This document shows positions 1-11,495 of a DNA stretch of 64,000 bases, piece by piece. The stretch lies in NCBI RefSeq assembly GCF_964194155.1, contig NC_135901.1, positions 21,390,001 through 21,454,000 on the forward strand, in the 5' to 3' direction. Source of the DNA: Cetorhinus maximus. Lineage: Eukaryota. Position numbers and translations under genes: made by a program. Position 1 is the stretch's first letter; every line of letters begins with the position of its first letter. Under the pieces are notes generated by a model, which was not told the origin of the DNA, ran no database searches, and worked only from the letters and a program-made list of their open reading frames with translations.

Positions 1-350
1 TGTTGGTGTAACAGCAGGCTAGATGACTGAGTGAATCCCTTCCAGCAGATGGGGCAGGTGAATGACCTCTCCCCTCTGTGAATTCGCTGATGACATTCAG
101 CTGGGATAACTGAATTCCTTCCCACACTCCACACATTTTCATAGTTTCTCCATGCTGCCTTGTGTCCTTGTCCATGTGTCTCTAGGTTGGATGACCAGTT
201 GAAGCCTGGTCCATGCACACAAAACACGTGTACGGTTTCTCTCTGCTGTGAATGGTGTGATGTTTTTCATGCAGTGTAACTGGTTAAAGCTCTTTCCACA
301 GCTAGTGCACTGGAACACTCTCACTTGGGTTTGTGTCTTGGTGCTTTCCT
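1..350 (-). pseudogene. Degenerate C2H2 zinc-finger exon (class 1 leader), running off the window edge
   Basis: ORF 139-324 reads [16 protein letters not shown]...MEKL, homologous to the leaders at 25.7-26.0 kb and 61.1-61.3 kb; frameshifts and stops are present. Confidence 0.75.
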
Positions 351-519
351 CCCTGTGATGAGAAGCAAATTCATCGTGCCATCTCCACCAATCCTTTCTT
401 CCACCCCCAGTTTTCTCCTTCTACTCTGGCTGGGTTCAGTTCTCAGTTGTGTGCAGACTGATACTGAAATCAATGACTTTCTTTCCCGGTCACTGGGACC
501 CTGAAGCTTCATCCACTCC

Positions 520-860
520 CTGTTCCCTCACCAAAATGGCAACGCATTTGCTGTGCTACTTACTGAAGCAGGATGGCAGCCATTAACCCAGGCCTGTTCC
601 CGGGAAAAAGCCCCAGAGTGGCAAACGCGGGCCCTGCCTGTTCTTATTCAGGCCTTATAGCCTTCACCAGGTTTTTCCTGAAGCCTTGATCCTCTGCGTG
701 CCATCAACTCACCTGCCTGAAGAGCGCATCCAGCACTTGCATGGTTCTGATCAAAGCGACACTGAGCATGCTTCAGATACTGTCCAGCACTGCACCTGCA
801 CACTGAGCTCCTGCAGAGTGAATAGGGCACATTTACTTCTGCGGGGAATGTTGGGAAAAA
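520..860 (-). promoter_or_regulatory. CpG-decayed copy of the ZNF promoter/first-intron module
   Basis: Reverse complement of ~571-615 (ggggctttttcccgggaacaggcctgggttaatggctgccatcc) matches 29737-29785 and 60481-60530, which carry a YY1-type GCCGCCATC. Confidence 0.6.
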
Positions 861-989
861 TCCCCGACATTTAAAATCACAAATAGTAAATAAAAGTTGA
901 TTCCTGTGATGCTATTGAGATGAAAGAATTAATTAAATCAATAAAATTAATTTTAAAAGACTCACAGAAATTCAAGTTCACTGGCACTC

Positions 990-1070
990 TGACATGGCCC
1001 AGGCCTGAATGAGATGAATAACAGCAGAATCCAACCCCTGCAGTCACAGATGAACTCACTGGTGTCTCAT
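990..1070 (-). pseudogene. Orphan ZNF last-finger/3' UTR fragment
   Basis: Minus strand reads gtgactgcaggggttggattctgctgttatt, the post-stop sequence of the class 1 ZNF genes. Confidence 0.55.
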
Positions 1071-1194
1071 TTCTTTCTGTACATAGGATGTTTAAACAGT
1101 CTTTCTCCATTAGGAATGTATTGTGAATTAACTACTTTAGTCTTTTAAAGCATTTCTCATGGTGAGAGAATTTAATGTGTCTGTTCCAATGTGG

Positions 1195-1510
1195 TATTCA
1201 CTCAGGGCAGGTACAACATGTATTAGAAACAGAGTAAATGTCCCTCTACACTTTCCCATCAAATATTCCCAAGATAGGTACAACATGTGTCAGAATTAGA
1301 TACTGAACAAAGCTCCCTCTAAATCGTCCCATCAAGCATGCCCAGGGAAAGTACAGCCCAGGGTAGATACAGAGTAAAACTTCCACAATGTACCACATAA
1401 AACAATGCCACAGAGCAGGTACGGCACAGTTTTAATCAGAGTAAAACTCTCTCTGCACTGTCCCATCAAACTCTCCCAGTCAATAATGAGCAGGGTTCAG
1501 GGAGGTTAGA
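1195..1510. repeat. Degenerate ~66-70 bp tandem repeat
   Basis: Recurring cagagtaaa..ctccctctacactgtcccatcaaa..ctcccagg..aggtaca units. Confidence 0.65.
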
Positions 1511-1581
1511 TCCCAGGCACTGCACTGATGTCATAAAGCATCACCATTCTATCCATCTGGTCCTCTCCTTGTCCCTTTAAA

Positions 1582-1778
1582 GGTGGAGAACTGAGACATC
1601 CTGTCTCCAAACACATCACACCCTGTCCATACTGAGAATCCCAGGGTGGAGAACTGGGACATCCTGTCTCCAAACACATCCCACCCAGTTCATCCTGAGA
1701 ATCCCAGGATGGAGAACTGGGACATCTTGTCTCAAAACACATCACACCCTGTCCACACTGAGAATCCTAGGGTGGATA
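1582..1778. repeat. 63-bp minisatellite, 3 copies
   Basis: ggagaactg at 1585, 1648 and 1711, with a partial ggataat at 1774. Confidence 0.85.
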
Positions 1779-2845
1779 ATTCTCTCACCTTCATCCCTGT
1801 GGAAAAATCGATCTACCTGTGTGCTGAAACAGATATTAGGGGTTCACTGGTTAGTTAAGTACACAGAGTACCTCGTAGAGTTTGATCCAATAATTCCACA
1901 CATTTCACATCCTGAGTAACATTATTAATAAAGAGCCCAGTTCAGGTAGTATCCCCAATGTGATAGGGCAGATGGATTATGGAATTATAAATAAAGGCAT
2001 TACTCTCCTGCAACCTCACAACTACCAATTGGCTGGGATGTTGCAATATGAAGAAGCCCCACATTTGTAAAGTGGGAGAGGCTGTGTCCAGCAGATCCCT
2101 TCCATCCGGGAAGGGAGGGGCCATCCCGCGCCTGTGCATTTCAGGCCCTTCTGATGGAGATAGGCTGAATTCAGCCATATGGAGTATTCTGGGTAGAATA
2201 GTTCGCCATTTTTATGTTACAGAATGGAGGGGAAGGTAATGCATCATAAACATAGAACAATAGAACAGTATAAAACAGTGAACATTCTCCACACCTACTC
2301 CCCACCGGTGTTGGGAAATATGAATATATTAAGTGCAAACAATTATTTTTATTTGAAGTTCAATAATTTAGTTTATAAATTGAATCCTGTTTTGTTAACT
2401 GTATTTCCCAAATTAGATTAACGGCCACATATTTTTGTCCCTCTGAGCCCCTGAACTCTGACAGTGTAATAGTGTTGGCGGGTGGTGACTGATTCGTAAG
2501 TGGAGTTGATCTCTAAAGGTCATTCATTTCCCTCTTTCCATGTCTGTTAAAGATATAGAGCTTGATATCCCCCTCATTTTGAATCTAATTCCAATATTTA
2601 GATGGACAATGTTTCACTTTTCTGCTCTTTCAGTAGATAAGGGAGCATTCTTCATCTTTAACAGGGAGTAAAATTCTGATGCCCTCAGCCTTTAAAATTA
2701 CCATTATTTTGTTCAATTCCCTCCACAGCTCAGGGCCCACACAATCACCTTGTACACAAACTAGTTCTGCTGGATTCTTGGCCTAGGATCATTAAAAGGC
2801 CCGTGGATGGAAAAACTGTTGGCTGAAACAGAGAAGGTAGAAGGA

Positions 2846-5185
2846 GATAAAAGCAAAAATAGCTGGAAAAACTCAGCAGGTCTGACAGCATCTGCAGAGA
2901 GGAATACAGTTAACGTTTTGAGTCCATATCACTCTTCATCAGAACTAAAGAAATATAGAAATGTGGTGAAATATAAGCAGGTTGAGGGGGGGTGGGACAG
3001 GTGGAGCTGGATAGAGGGCCAGTGATAGGTGGAGGCAAAGAAGAGATTGCTAAAGATGTCATAGACAAAAGGACAAAGTGGTGTTGATGGTGGTGATATT
3101 ATGGTGACATTAAGGGTAGAAAGCTGGACAAGCAAATAACAGAAAGCCCTAGTGGGGGTGGGGTGGGGGGAAGGGATCGAAATGGGCTAAAAGGTGGAGA
3201 TAAAACGATAGATCGAAATAAATTTAAAAACAGGTGGGAAAAGAAAAATATATTTAAAAAATTATAAATTATTGGAAAAAGGGGGATCGGAAAAGGGGTG
3301 GGGATGGAGGAGAGAGTTCATGTTCTGAAATTGTTGAACTCAATGTTAAGTCCGGAAGGCTGTAGAATGCCTGGTCGGAAGATGAGGTGCTGTTCCTCCA
3401 GTTTGCGTTGAGCTTCACTGCAACATTGCAGCAGGCCAAGGATGGACATGTGGGCTTGAGAGCAGGGTGGTGTGTTGAAATGGCAAGTGACAGGGAGGTC
3501 TGGGTCATGCTTGCAGACAGACCGAAGGTGTTCCGCAAAGCGGTCACCCAGTCTGCGTTTGGTCTCTCCAATGTAGAGGAAACCACATTGGGAGCAGCGA
3601 ATGCAGTAGACTAAATTGAGGGAAGTGCAAGTGAAATGCTGCTTCACTTGAAAGGAGCGTTTAGGTCCTTGGACGGTGAGGAGGGGGGAAGTAGAAGGGC
3701 AGCTGTAACACCTTCTGCTGTTGCATGGGAAGGTGCGGTTGGAAGGGTTTGAGGTGTACGGGGTGATGGAGGAGTGGACCAGGGTGTCACAGAGGGAACG
3801 ATCCTTGTGGAATGCCACCAGGGGGGGTGAAGGGAAGATGTGTTTGGTGGTGGCATCATGCTAGAGTTGGTGGAAATGGCGGAGGAAGATCCTTTGAATG
3901 TGGAGGCTGGTGGGGTGATAAGTGAGGACAAGGGGGACCCTATCATGGTTCTGGGAGGGAGAAGAAGGAGTGAGGGCGGGTGCACAGGACATGGGCCAGA
4001 CACAGTTGAGGGCCCTGTCAACCACTGTGGGTAGAAAACCTAGGTTAAGGAAGAAGGAAGACATGTCAGAGGAACTGTTTTGGAAAGTGTCATCATCAGA
4101 ACAGATGTGACGGAGGCGAAGGAACTGAGAGAATGGGATGGAGGCCTTGCAGGAAGCGGGGTGTGAGGAGCTGTAGTCAAGGTAGCTGTGGGAGTCGGTA
4201 GGCTTGTAATGAATATTGGTGGACAGTCTATCACCAGAAATTGAGACACAGAGGCCAAGGAAGGGGAGGGAAGTGTCAGTGATGGACCGTGTGAAAATGA
4301 TAGAGGGGTGGAAATTGGAAGCAAAATTAATAAGTTTTTCCAGGTCCAGATGAGAGCATGAAGCGGCACCGAAACAGTCATCGATGTACCGGAGAAAGAG
4401 TTGTGGGAGGGAGCCTGAGTAGGACTGGAACAAGGAATGTTCCACATACCCCATAATGAGGCAGGCATAACTGGGGCCCATACAGGTACCCTAGCCATAC
4501 CTTTTATTTGGAGGAAGTGAGAGGAGTTTAAGGAGAAATTGTTCAGTGAGAGAACAAGTTCAGCCAGATGGAGGAGAGTAGTGGAGGGTGGGGATTGTTG
4601 GGGCTTCTGTTCGAGGAAGAGCCTTCCAAACTTAACATTGAGTTCAACAACTTCAGATCATGAACTCTCTCCTCCATCCCCACCCCCTTTCCGATCCCCC
4701 TTTTTCCAATAATCTATCATTTTTTAAATATATTTTTCTTTTCCCACCTATTTTCAAATTTATTTCAATCTATCGTTTTATCTCCACCTTTTAACCCATT
4801 TCGATCCCTTCCCCCACCCCACCCCCACTAGGGCTATCTGTCACTTGCTTGTCCTGCTTTCTACCCTTAATGTCACCATTAGCATATTCCTTAGATAATA
4901 TCACCACCGTCAACACCTCTTTGTCCTTTTGTCTATGACATCTTTAGCAATCTCTTCTTTGCCTCCACCTATCACTGGCCCTCTATCCAGCTCTACCTGT
5001 CCCACCCTCCTCAACCAGCTTATATTTCATCACATTTCTATATTTCTTTAGTTCTGATGAAGAGTGATATGGACTCAAAACATTAACTGTGTTCCTCTCC
5101 GCAGATGCTGTCAGACCTGCTGAGTTTTTCCAGCTATTTTTGTTTTTGTTTCAGATTTTCAGCATCCGCAGTATTTTGCTTTTAT
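2846..5185 (-). mobile_element. Penelope-like retroelement (RT plus GIY-YIG endonuclease), 5'-truncated, with an inverted terminal copy
   Basis: ORF 3861-4481 has MGPSYA..FLRYIDDCF (RT); ORF 3318-3818 has NLVYCIRC..LYIGETKRRLGDRFAEH..GLN (GIY-YIG); 2846-3351 is the reverse complement of ~4629-5185. Confidence 0.92.
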
Positions 5186-5299
5186 CGTAAGATAGGAGAG
5201 TTTTACTTTGGTTTCTGTATAACTTGGTTGCGAATTTTATTAATTTCCACACCACCACGCCCCAATCTCCACGTCATGACAAAAGAAATCACTATTCAC

Positions 5300-5745
5300 T
5301 GGTTACGACTTTCCATGGCGGGAACGTTACCCAGCATCCCCCGCGATTTTGAATGACCCCTATCCCCATAACAGGAGTAGGGCGCATGCGTAGCACCGCC
5401 CATTGTTTGGAGCATGCGCTAGGATGGCTCTGGAGACCCTCTTGTCTGTCGTGTCCCGAAAACGGTAAGGATGCGGAAACGCGGAGGAAGCGATGGAGCC
5501 GGCGGGTCAACGGGGAGGGTTTCTAAACACCTGGTGGAGATCTCAAGCCGCGAATACGAACCTACAGTTCCCGCGTTTGTAGCTTCGCGTAGGAGACCAA
5601 GAAATAGGCCCAAGTGAACGGCCGCCATCTTGGCTCAGCAGGGCGCAGAGCGCATGCGCTAGCAGGTCGGTGACGTCACTGAGTAGGCGGATCTTTAGGG
5701 TCTTTATTCCCGACCGAGTTCTCGAGTCCGGTCGATTCATCTGAA
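5300..5745 (+). promoter_or_regulatory. CpG-island promoter and putative exon 1 (donor cg|gtaagg at 5464/5465)
   Basis: NRF1-like gcgcatgcg at 5382 and 5650, YY1 gccgccatctt at 5621, CRE tgacgtca at 5671, ZNF143-like ctacagttccc at ~5562. Confidence 0.75.
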
Positions 5746-5789
5746 CCCAGGTGATGTTTGCAGCCCAGAGGAATCCTTGGGCCTATGAG

Positions 5790-6130
5790 AGGTTGCAACC
5801 CCTGTATAGTTACCTGAAGGGCTTGGTTATAATCTTTGCCTGCCCAATGTGGAGGGACTAGGTAAATTAGAGGATCTTATCCTGGACCTGGTCTTGGTTA
5901 AAACAACAATTTGCAGATCCAAGATGTAAGGGGCATATGGTGGGGATGGGGGTGGGTTCACACTTGGTGCCAGCCTCTTTCGCAGCCTCGTCTGTGCCCA
6001 GGTAACCATGCACAGGGAGCAAGTGGTGTCCATCTCCCATAATTGGTGGGGACATCAGGGTACAGAGTGTTTCATAGACACGGAGAACAACGTTCTGGTT
6101 GAGATAGAAAGGTTCTCTGAACTCTTGTTG
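5790..6130 (+). mobile_element. Old L1/Tx1-type ORF2 3' end inside the ZNF intron
   Basis: Homologous to 63455-63660, which translates as VHAWVALEREHVVS..FHHWWVPQ..NNILV*, resembling a Tx1 C-terminus. Confidence 0.5.
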
Positions 6131-6601
6131 GGACTTTGTTGCTGATTTTCTCTTCTTTTACTTTGATTGAACCACATCTTTGTGGAAACAAGAGAAGAAA
6201 GAATGTTCCATCAGAACTAGAAGTGCCTTTTCTGAATTTCTATCCTGGGCTGATAGTGGTACTGACTCTGTCAACTGCTTTTCCAGGGATTAGAAGGAGA
6301 TAATTTGCAAAAATTTCTGCAGATCTGACAAAGTCACTCGATTCATCAGGACCTGAATATCATCGGCATTTGAATGTGGAAGGAAAAGTTTTTGTATGTT
6401 CTGCCTGGGACTGGAAAAACACCAACACACACACACCCGAGTGAGGGTGTTCCAGTGCCCTGACTATCGAAAGAGCTTTAACCAGTTACACGTCCTGAAA
6501 CTACATTGCACCATTCACAGTGGGGAGAAACCACACGTGTTCTGTGTGAACGAGACTGCAACTAATTATCCAACCTGGATAGACACAAGGAGATTGACAC
6601 C

Positions 6602-7495
6602 ACGGAGAAACCATGGAAATGTGGAGACTGTGGGAAGGGATCCACATCACCATCTGCATTGGAAATTCATCGACGCAGTCACACCGGGGAAAGGCCGTTC
6701 ATCTGTTCTGAGTGTGGGAAAGGATTCACTCGACTAACCCACCTCACTGCACACCAACTTGTTCACTCCGACACGAGACCTTTTAAATGTTCTAACTGTG
6801 AAAAGAGCTTTAAAAGAAAACAAAACCTGCTGACTCACCAGCGAGTTCACACTGGGGAGAGGCCATTCACCTGTGCTGAGTGTGGGAAGCGATTCACTCA
6901 GTTATCCAGCCTTCAGTTACATCAGCGAGTTCATACTGGGGAGAAACCGTTTACATGCCCTGAGTGTGGGATGGCATTCACTCAGTTATGCAAACTGTTG
7001 GATCATCAGCGAGTTCACACCGGAGAGAGACCGTTCACCTGCTCTGTGTGTGGGAAGGGGTTCACTCAGTTATCCACCTTGCTGAGACACCAGCGCATTC
7101 ACACTGGGGTGAGACCATTCACCTGCACTGTATGTGGAAAGGGATTCACTCAGCTTCCCCACCTCACTTCACACCAACGTGTTCACTCTGAAATGAGACC
7201 TTTTAAATGTTCCGACTGCGAGAAGAGTTTTAAAGGCAAAATGGATCTGCTGACTCACCAGCGCACTCACACTGGAGAGAGGCCATTCACCTGCTCCGTG
7301 TGTGGGAAGGGATTCATTCAGCATTCCCTCAGGCTGAAACACCAGCGCGTTCACACCAGGGAGAGGTCGTTCACCTGCTCCATCTGTGGGAAGGGATTCT
7401 GCCGTTCATCCACCCTGCAGACACACCAGCGAGCTCACAAGTTGCAGGGCTTGGATTCTGCTGTTATTGCTGCTGTTAATCACATCCAGGACTGA
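6602..7495 (+). CDS. C2H2 zinc-finger protein, 10 fingers, no KRAB; usual start ATG replaced by ACG (possible pseudogene)
   Basis: Frame open from ACG-GAG-AAA-CCA-TGG at 6602 through tandem CxxC-12-HxxxH units with TGERPF linkers; acceptor ttccag| at 6286. Confidence 0.75.
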   Translation, partial: TEKPWKCGDCGKGSTSPSALEIHRRSHTGERPFICSECGKGFTRLTHLTAHQLVHSDTRPFKCSNCEKSFKRKQNLLTHQRVHTGERPFTCAECGKRFTQLSSLQLHQRVHTGEKPFTCPECGMAFTQLCKLLDHQRVHTGERPFTCSVCGKGFTQLSTLLRHQRIHTGVRPFTCTVCGKGFTQLPHLTSHQRVHSEMRPFKCSDCEKSFKGKMDLLTHQRTHTGERPFTCSVCGKGFIQHSLRLKHQRVHTRERSFTCSICGKGFCRSSTLQTHQRAHKLQGLDSAVIAAVNHIQD

Positions 7496-7532
7496 ACCAT
7501 GTTCAATCTGAAAGTTGGAGTTTATTTCTGTG

Positions 7533-8220
7533 AGAACATAAGAACTAGGAGCAGGAGTAGGCAATTCAGCCGCTCGAGCCTGCCCCGCCATTCAATACAA
7601 TCATGGCTGATCTACTTTCGGCCTCAACTCTAATTTCCTGCCCTCTCCCCATAACCTTTCAACCTGTTACTAATTAAAAATCTGTCTATCTCCTCCTGAA
7701 ATTTATTCAGCGTCCCGGCATCCATTGCACTCTCTGAGGTCGTGAATTCCACAGATTCACAACCCTTTGAGAAAAGTAATTCCTCCTCATCTCTGATTTA
7801 AATCTACCACCCCTTAGCCTAAAACTATGGCGCCTCATTCTAGAATGCCCCACAAGGGGAAACATCTGCTCCACATCTACTCTGTCTATCACCTTTAGCA
7901 TCTTACATACCTCAATTAGATCTCCTCTCATCCTTCCAAACTCTAGGCTGTATAGGCCTAAACTGCTCAATCTCTCCTCATAAGACAATCCCCGCATCTC
8001 TGGAATCAATCTAGTGAACCTCCTCTGAACCATCTCCAATGCAACTACATCCTTCCTCAAGTAAGGGGACCAAAACTGTGCACAGTATTCCAAGTGTGGT
8101 CTCACCAATGCCTTTTACAGTTGCAACAACACTTCTCTATTTTTATACTCTATTCCTTTAGCAATAAATGCCAAAATTCCATTTGCCTTCCTTATTACCT
8201 GCTGTACCTGCATACTACCT
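7533..8220 (-). mobile_element. CR1 LINE 3' fragment inserted in the ZNF 3' UTR
   Basis: ORF 7707-8108 VRPHLEYCAQFWSP..RGDLIEV; tail agaacataagaa. Confidence 0.9.
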
Positions 8221-8271
8221 GTTGATGTTAATAATCCCTGTAACTGGGCTGGAGTTTAATATTCTGGATAG

Positions 8272-8430
8272 CACTGTTGGTGTACCTACAGCACTGTGGG
8301 TGTACCTGCACCACATGGACTGCAGCGGTTCAAGAAGGCAGCTCATCACTACTTCTCAAGGGCAATTAAGGGTGGGCAATTAATGCTGGCTCAGCCAGCG
8401 AAGCCCACATCCCATGAATGAATAAAAAAT
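8272..8430 (+). mobile_element. LINE/SINE 3' tail fragment
   Basis: ggcaattaagggtgggcaattaatgctggc..cccacatcccatgaatgaataaaaaa, the same tail as the SINE at 17572-17929. Confidence 0.65.
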
Positions 8431-8564
8431 ATATATAAGTTAAATAAATCAGTTTAGTGTCAAACACACATTGTCCGAGTCCTTGATTTCTCTAAGATAG
8501 GAGGAGACTGATTGATGTCCTGTTACCAACTGTTCCGTTTTTGGACCTTTTCTCCTTTGTTAAT

Positions 8565-9012
8565 GGCATTTATATAGCGCCTTTCACAACTTCAGGATGG
8601 CCCAAAGTGCTTTACAGCCAATGAAGTTCTTTTGAAGTGTAATCACTGTTGTAATGTAGGAAATGCAGTCACCAAATTGTACACAGCAAGATCCCACGAA
8701 TAGAAATGTGACTGAGATCACATAATCTGTTCAGTGATGTTTGTTTGGGGATTATTATGAAACAGTACAGCAAGGAGAACTCCCCTGCTCTTTGGAATAA
8801 CATTCTGGGAACTTTTACACCAACTGAGAGGGCAGATGGGGCCATAGTTGAAGGTCTCAACTGGAAGACAGGATCTCTGACAGTGCAATGCTCCCGCAGT
8901 ACTGCATCAGAATATCAACCTGGATTTTATGCTCATGTTTCTGGATGTGGATTTGAACCCACAACCTCCTGACTCAGAGATAAGAATGCAATCACTGAGC
9001 CACAACTAACAC
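8565..9012 (-). mobile_element. tRNA-derived SINE with L2-type tail (DeuSINE/SacSINE1-like)
   Basis: Minus strand has A box tggctcagtg and B box ggttcaaat at ~9003-8950; tail ttcctacattacaacagtg..aaaggcgctatataaatg resembles AmnSINE1/SacSINE1 tails as recalled. Confidence 0.7.
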
Positions 9013-9218
9013 CTCATCATTACTCTAGATTATTTCAGTTCTCATACCTTCAGTTACTTTCATGGACAAGTGTAAGATTTTAGTCCAGGAGTCACAGATT
9101 ATCCAAAAAGGGAGTCAAAGTCGTAGGTGATTTTAAAGCATTTTATTAACAAGCAACAGTTTTGATATGATACATCAGTTAAGTAGGCAGAAAAGACATA
9201 CGACTCATAACAGGTGAG

Positions 9219-9478
9219 AATGGTTTACTGGTCCCAGATCAGGGGGATGCTGATCTCTGTGGCTGGAGGTGACAGTCTCCTTGGAATAGTCCACTGGTCC
9301 CGGATCAGGAGGATGCTGATCTCCGTGGCTGGAGGTGGCAGTCTCCTCGGAATGGTTTACTGATCCTGGATCAGGGGGGATGCTGATTTCCATGGCTGGA
9401 GGTGACAGTCTCCTCGGAATGGTTTACTGGTCCCGGATCAGGGGGATCCTGATCTTCGTGGCTGGAGGTCACAGTTTC
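9219..9478. repeat. 66-67 bp minisatellite, 4 copies
   Basis: Units start at 9219, 9285, 9351 and 9418 (aatggtttactggtcccggatcagggggatgctgatctc...). Confidence 0.88.
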
Positions 9479-10479
9479 TCAGCCTCCTTGAGCCAAAGTG
9501 TTTGGCCGAAGCCAACATGTATCATTTTGAGAAGCTCTTTCCTGTCTGAAATTATTTTTCCTCTCGATAGCCCGTTCATGTACCTTATTCCTGAGGGTCT
9601 TATGTCAATCACTTATTCACTTGTCCATTAGCAAGGGACAGATATTCAAGAAAATCCCTGTTATTTCTATTGGAAGTCTGTTAAGTAATTTTGTGGCTCA
9701 TTGCTTGCTACGACATCCTGTTTAATCTTTATTCAGTCAGTTGGTTTACATATGGGTCATGAGATTTCCCACCCCACCAAGTTTGTCTTGTTTCAGTTTC
9801 TGTGGTAGATACATGTCCTTGTCAGAGATAATAGGCTTATACTGTCCTGTGCTTGTCATTCCAGGAAGCTTTATTCATAAGTAAGAGAGAACGAGTCAAT
9901 CCTATAATAATGAATTTCTTAAGATTTTATAAGAATATTGGACAGTGATTTATTACAGATCTCCCAACCTCGAGAAGGGAATATTCTTATTGACTTCTCA
10001 CAAACTGATTTCTGCTTAACCCAGCTATTTCTAAGCTGTGTTTTCATAATTTCTTTATTACATTCCGTCAATAACATACTAAAGCTACTAAAATTATCAG
10101 AATCAGCAACACAAACCCTTGAGCTGCACCAAGAATAAATGTAAAAACTTTTCCAGTAAATGGTGATAACTATTGACTTTGATTCATCCTCCCCACCTGC
10201 AGTTCATCTCATAGAATTCTAAATTATTGGCAAGTCGTAAATACATATGGTTCAAACAAAAGTTCATGCATGGACTTTAACGATTCTCCAGCTCTCTGTT
10301 CACCTGCATCCAGTTTGTGGATATTTTCTAAATCCAGATTCTATATCCCTCTCCACTTTAATTTTGCTCCCTCTGAAAGTGGCCAGGTTATAAATGCAAT
10401 TTTCTTTTTAAAAAAATACAAACATCTCCCAAGACATTTTACTAGTTTCATGGACACTTTCACTATGACAATTTTAAAA

Positions 10480-10745
10480 AAATTATTCTTTCATGGAATG
10501 TGGCCATTCCTAATTGCACTCAGACCTTTCAGAACACAGTTTAGGGTCAACCACATTGCTGTGGAGTCACATGTAGGCCAGACCAGGTGAGGACAGCAGA
10601 TTCAGTAGTGAACCCAAGATTCAGTTAATTGACTTTAAATTCCACTAGCAGTCATGGTGGGATTTGAATCCATGTCTCCAAGCATTAGCCTGAACATCTG
10701 GATTACAGGTCCAGTGATATTGCAGCTACACCCACCATCTCCCCT
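10480..10745 (-). mobile_element. Degenerate tRNA-derived SINE
   Basis: ggagtcacatgtaggccagaccagg..gggatttgaatcc is the reverse complement of the SINE at 17572-17929. Confidence 0.6.
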
Positions 10746-10869
10746 TTTATTCTAAGTGGAGAATTCCAATAATTGCCATTCCATCTCACTCATGAGCCCT
10801 GGGGGAACTTTACTGTTCAGTTCAATCTTCTCAGAATGTGGTGTCTGTAGATCGGAGACAGAAGTGTTT

Positions 10870-11495
10870 GCCTGCATCATCACTGGCTGAAAATCCTGCA
10901 ACTGCTTACCCAACATCATTGTGGGAGCACCTTCACCACATGGACTGCAGCAGTTCAAGAAGGTCAAACATCATCTTCTCCACAGGCAACTGGGACTGAC
11001 AATATATGCTGGAATCGGTGGAGAGAGAAACAAAATGAATGATTCAGGATCTGTAGAATGAATTACAGGCAACAAAAATGGTGCAAAATTTGATGATCAA
11101 TATAAGCTCAAAAGCAGAAGAGCTGGTAAGCCAGCGGCACATGGTCGGGGGATGGGTAGCGGTGGAAACCTCGTTTAGATATGGTTGGCAGAGGGAACAG
11201 TAAAATGCGAAACATAACTAAAATACATTCATTATTAGAGACAGAGGAAGTTAGACAATGGCAGAGAGGTGTTCAAGGAGGGGAGAGATGAAACAGAGCA
11301 ATGGATGGACATGGATTCAGATCCACAGTAAGGAGTAACACCAGCCCCAGAGCCATGGAGCCTCTCACAGAAAACAGAGCAGAGCATGAAAAGCTATAAA
11401 TTGTAAACGAATGGTCAAAAAATACTCACCTCTGAAGCAATTTCAGTTTTCAATTTTAAACTCTCCTGCTGGAGCCGGCAGCTGGAAAGATATCA
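10870..11495 (-). other. Inverted partial copy of the class 2 ZNF 5' region (small exon plus intron start)
   Basis: Reverse complement of 11221-11495 aligns to ~46065-46340, including acceptor tttccag|ctg and donor gag|gtgagt. Confidence 0.75.

Noticed and set aside
1506-1858. ORFs with 21-aa repeats
   Set aside because: Translation of the 63-bp minisatellite; no splice or domain evidence
5867-6055. RNase H-like motif (LLPVHGYLGTDEAAKEA) on minus
   Set aside because: The region aligns with the plus-strand Tx1-like C-terminus at 63455-63660; the antisense resemblance is likely chance
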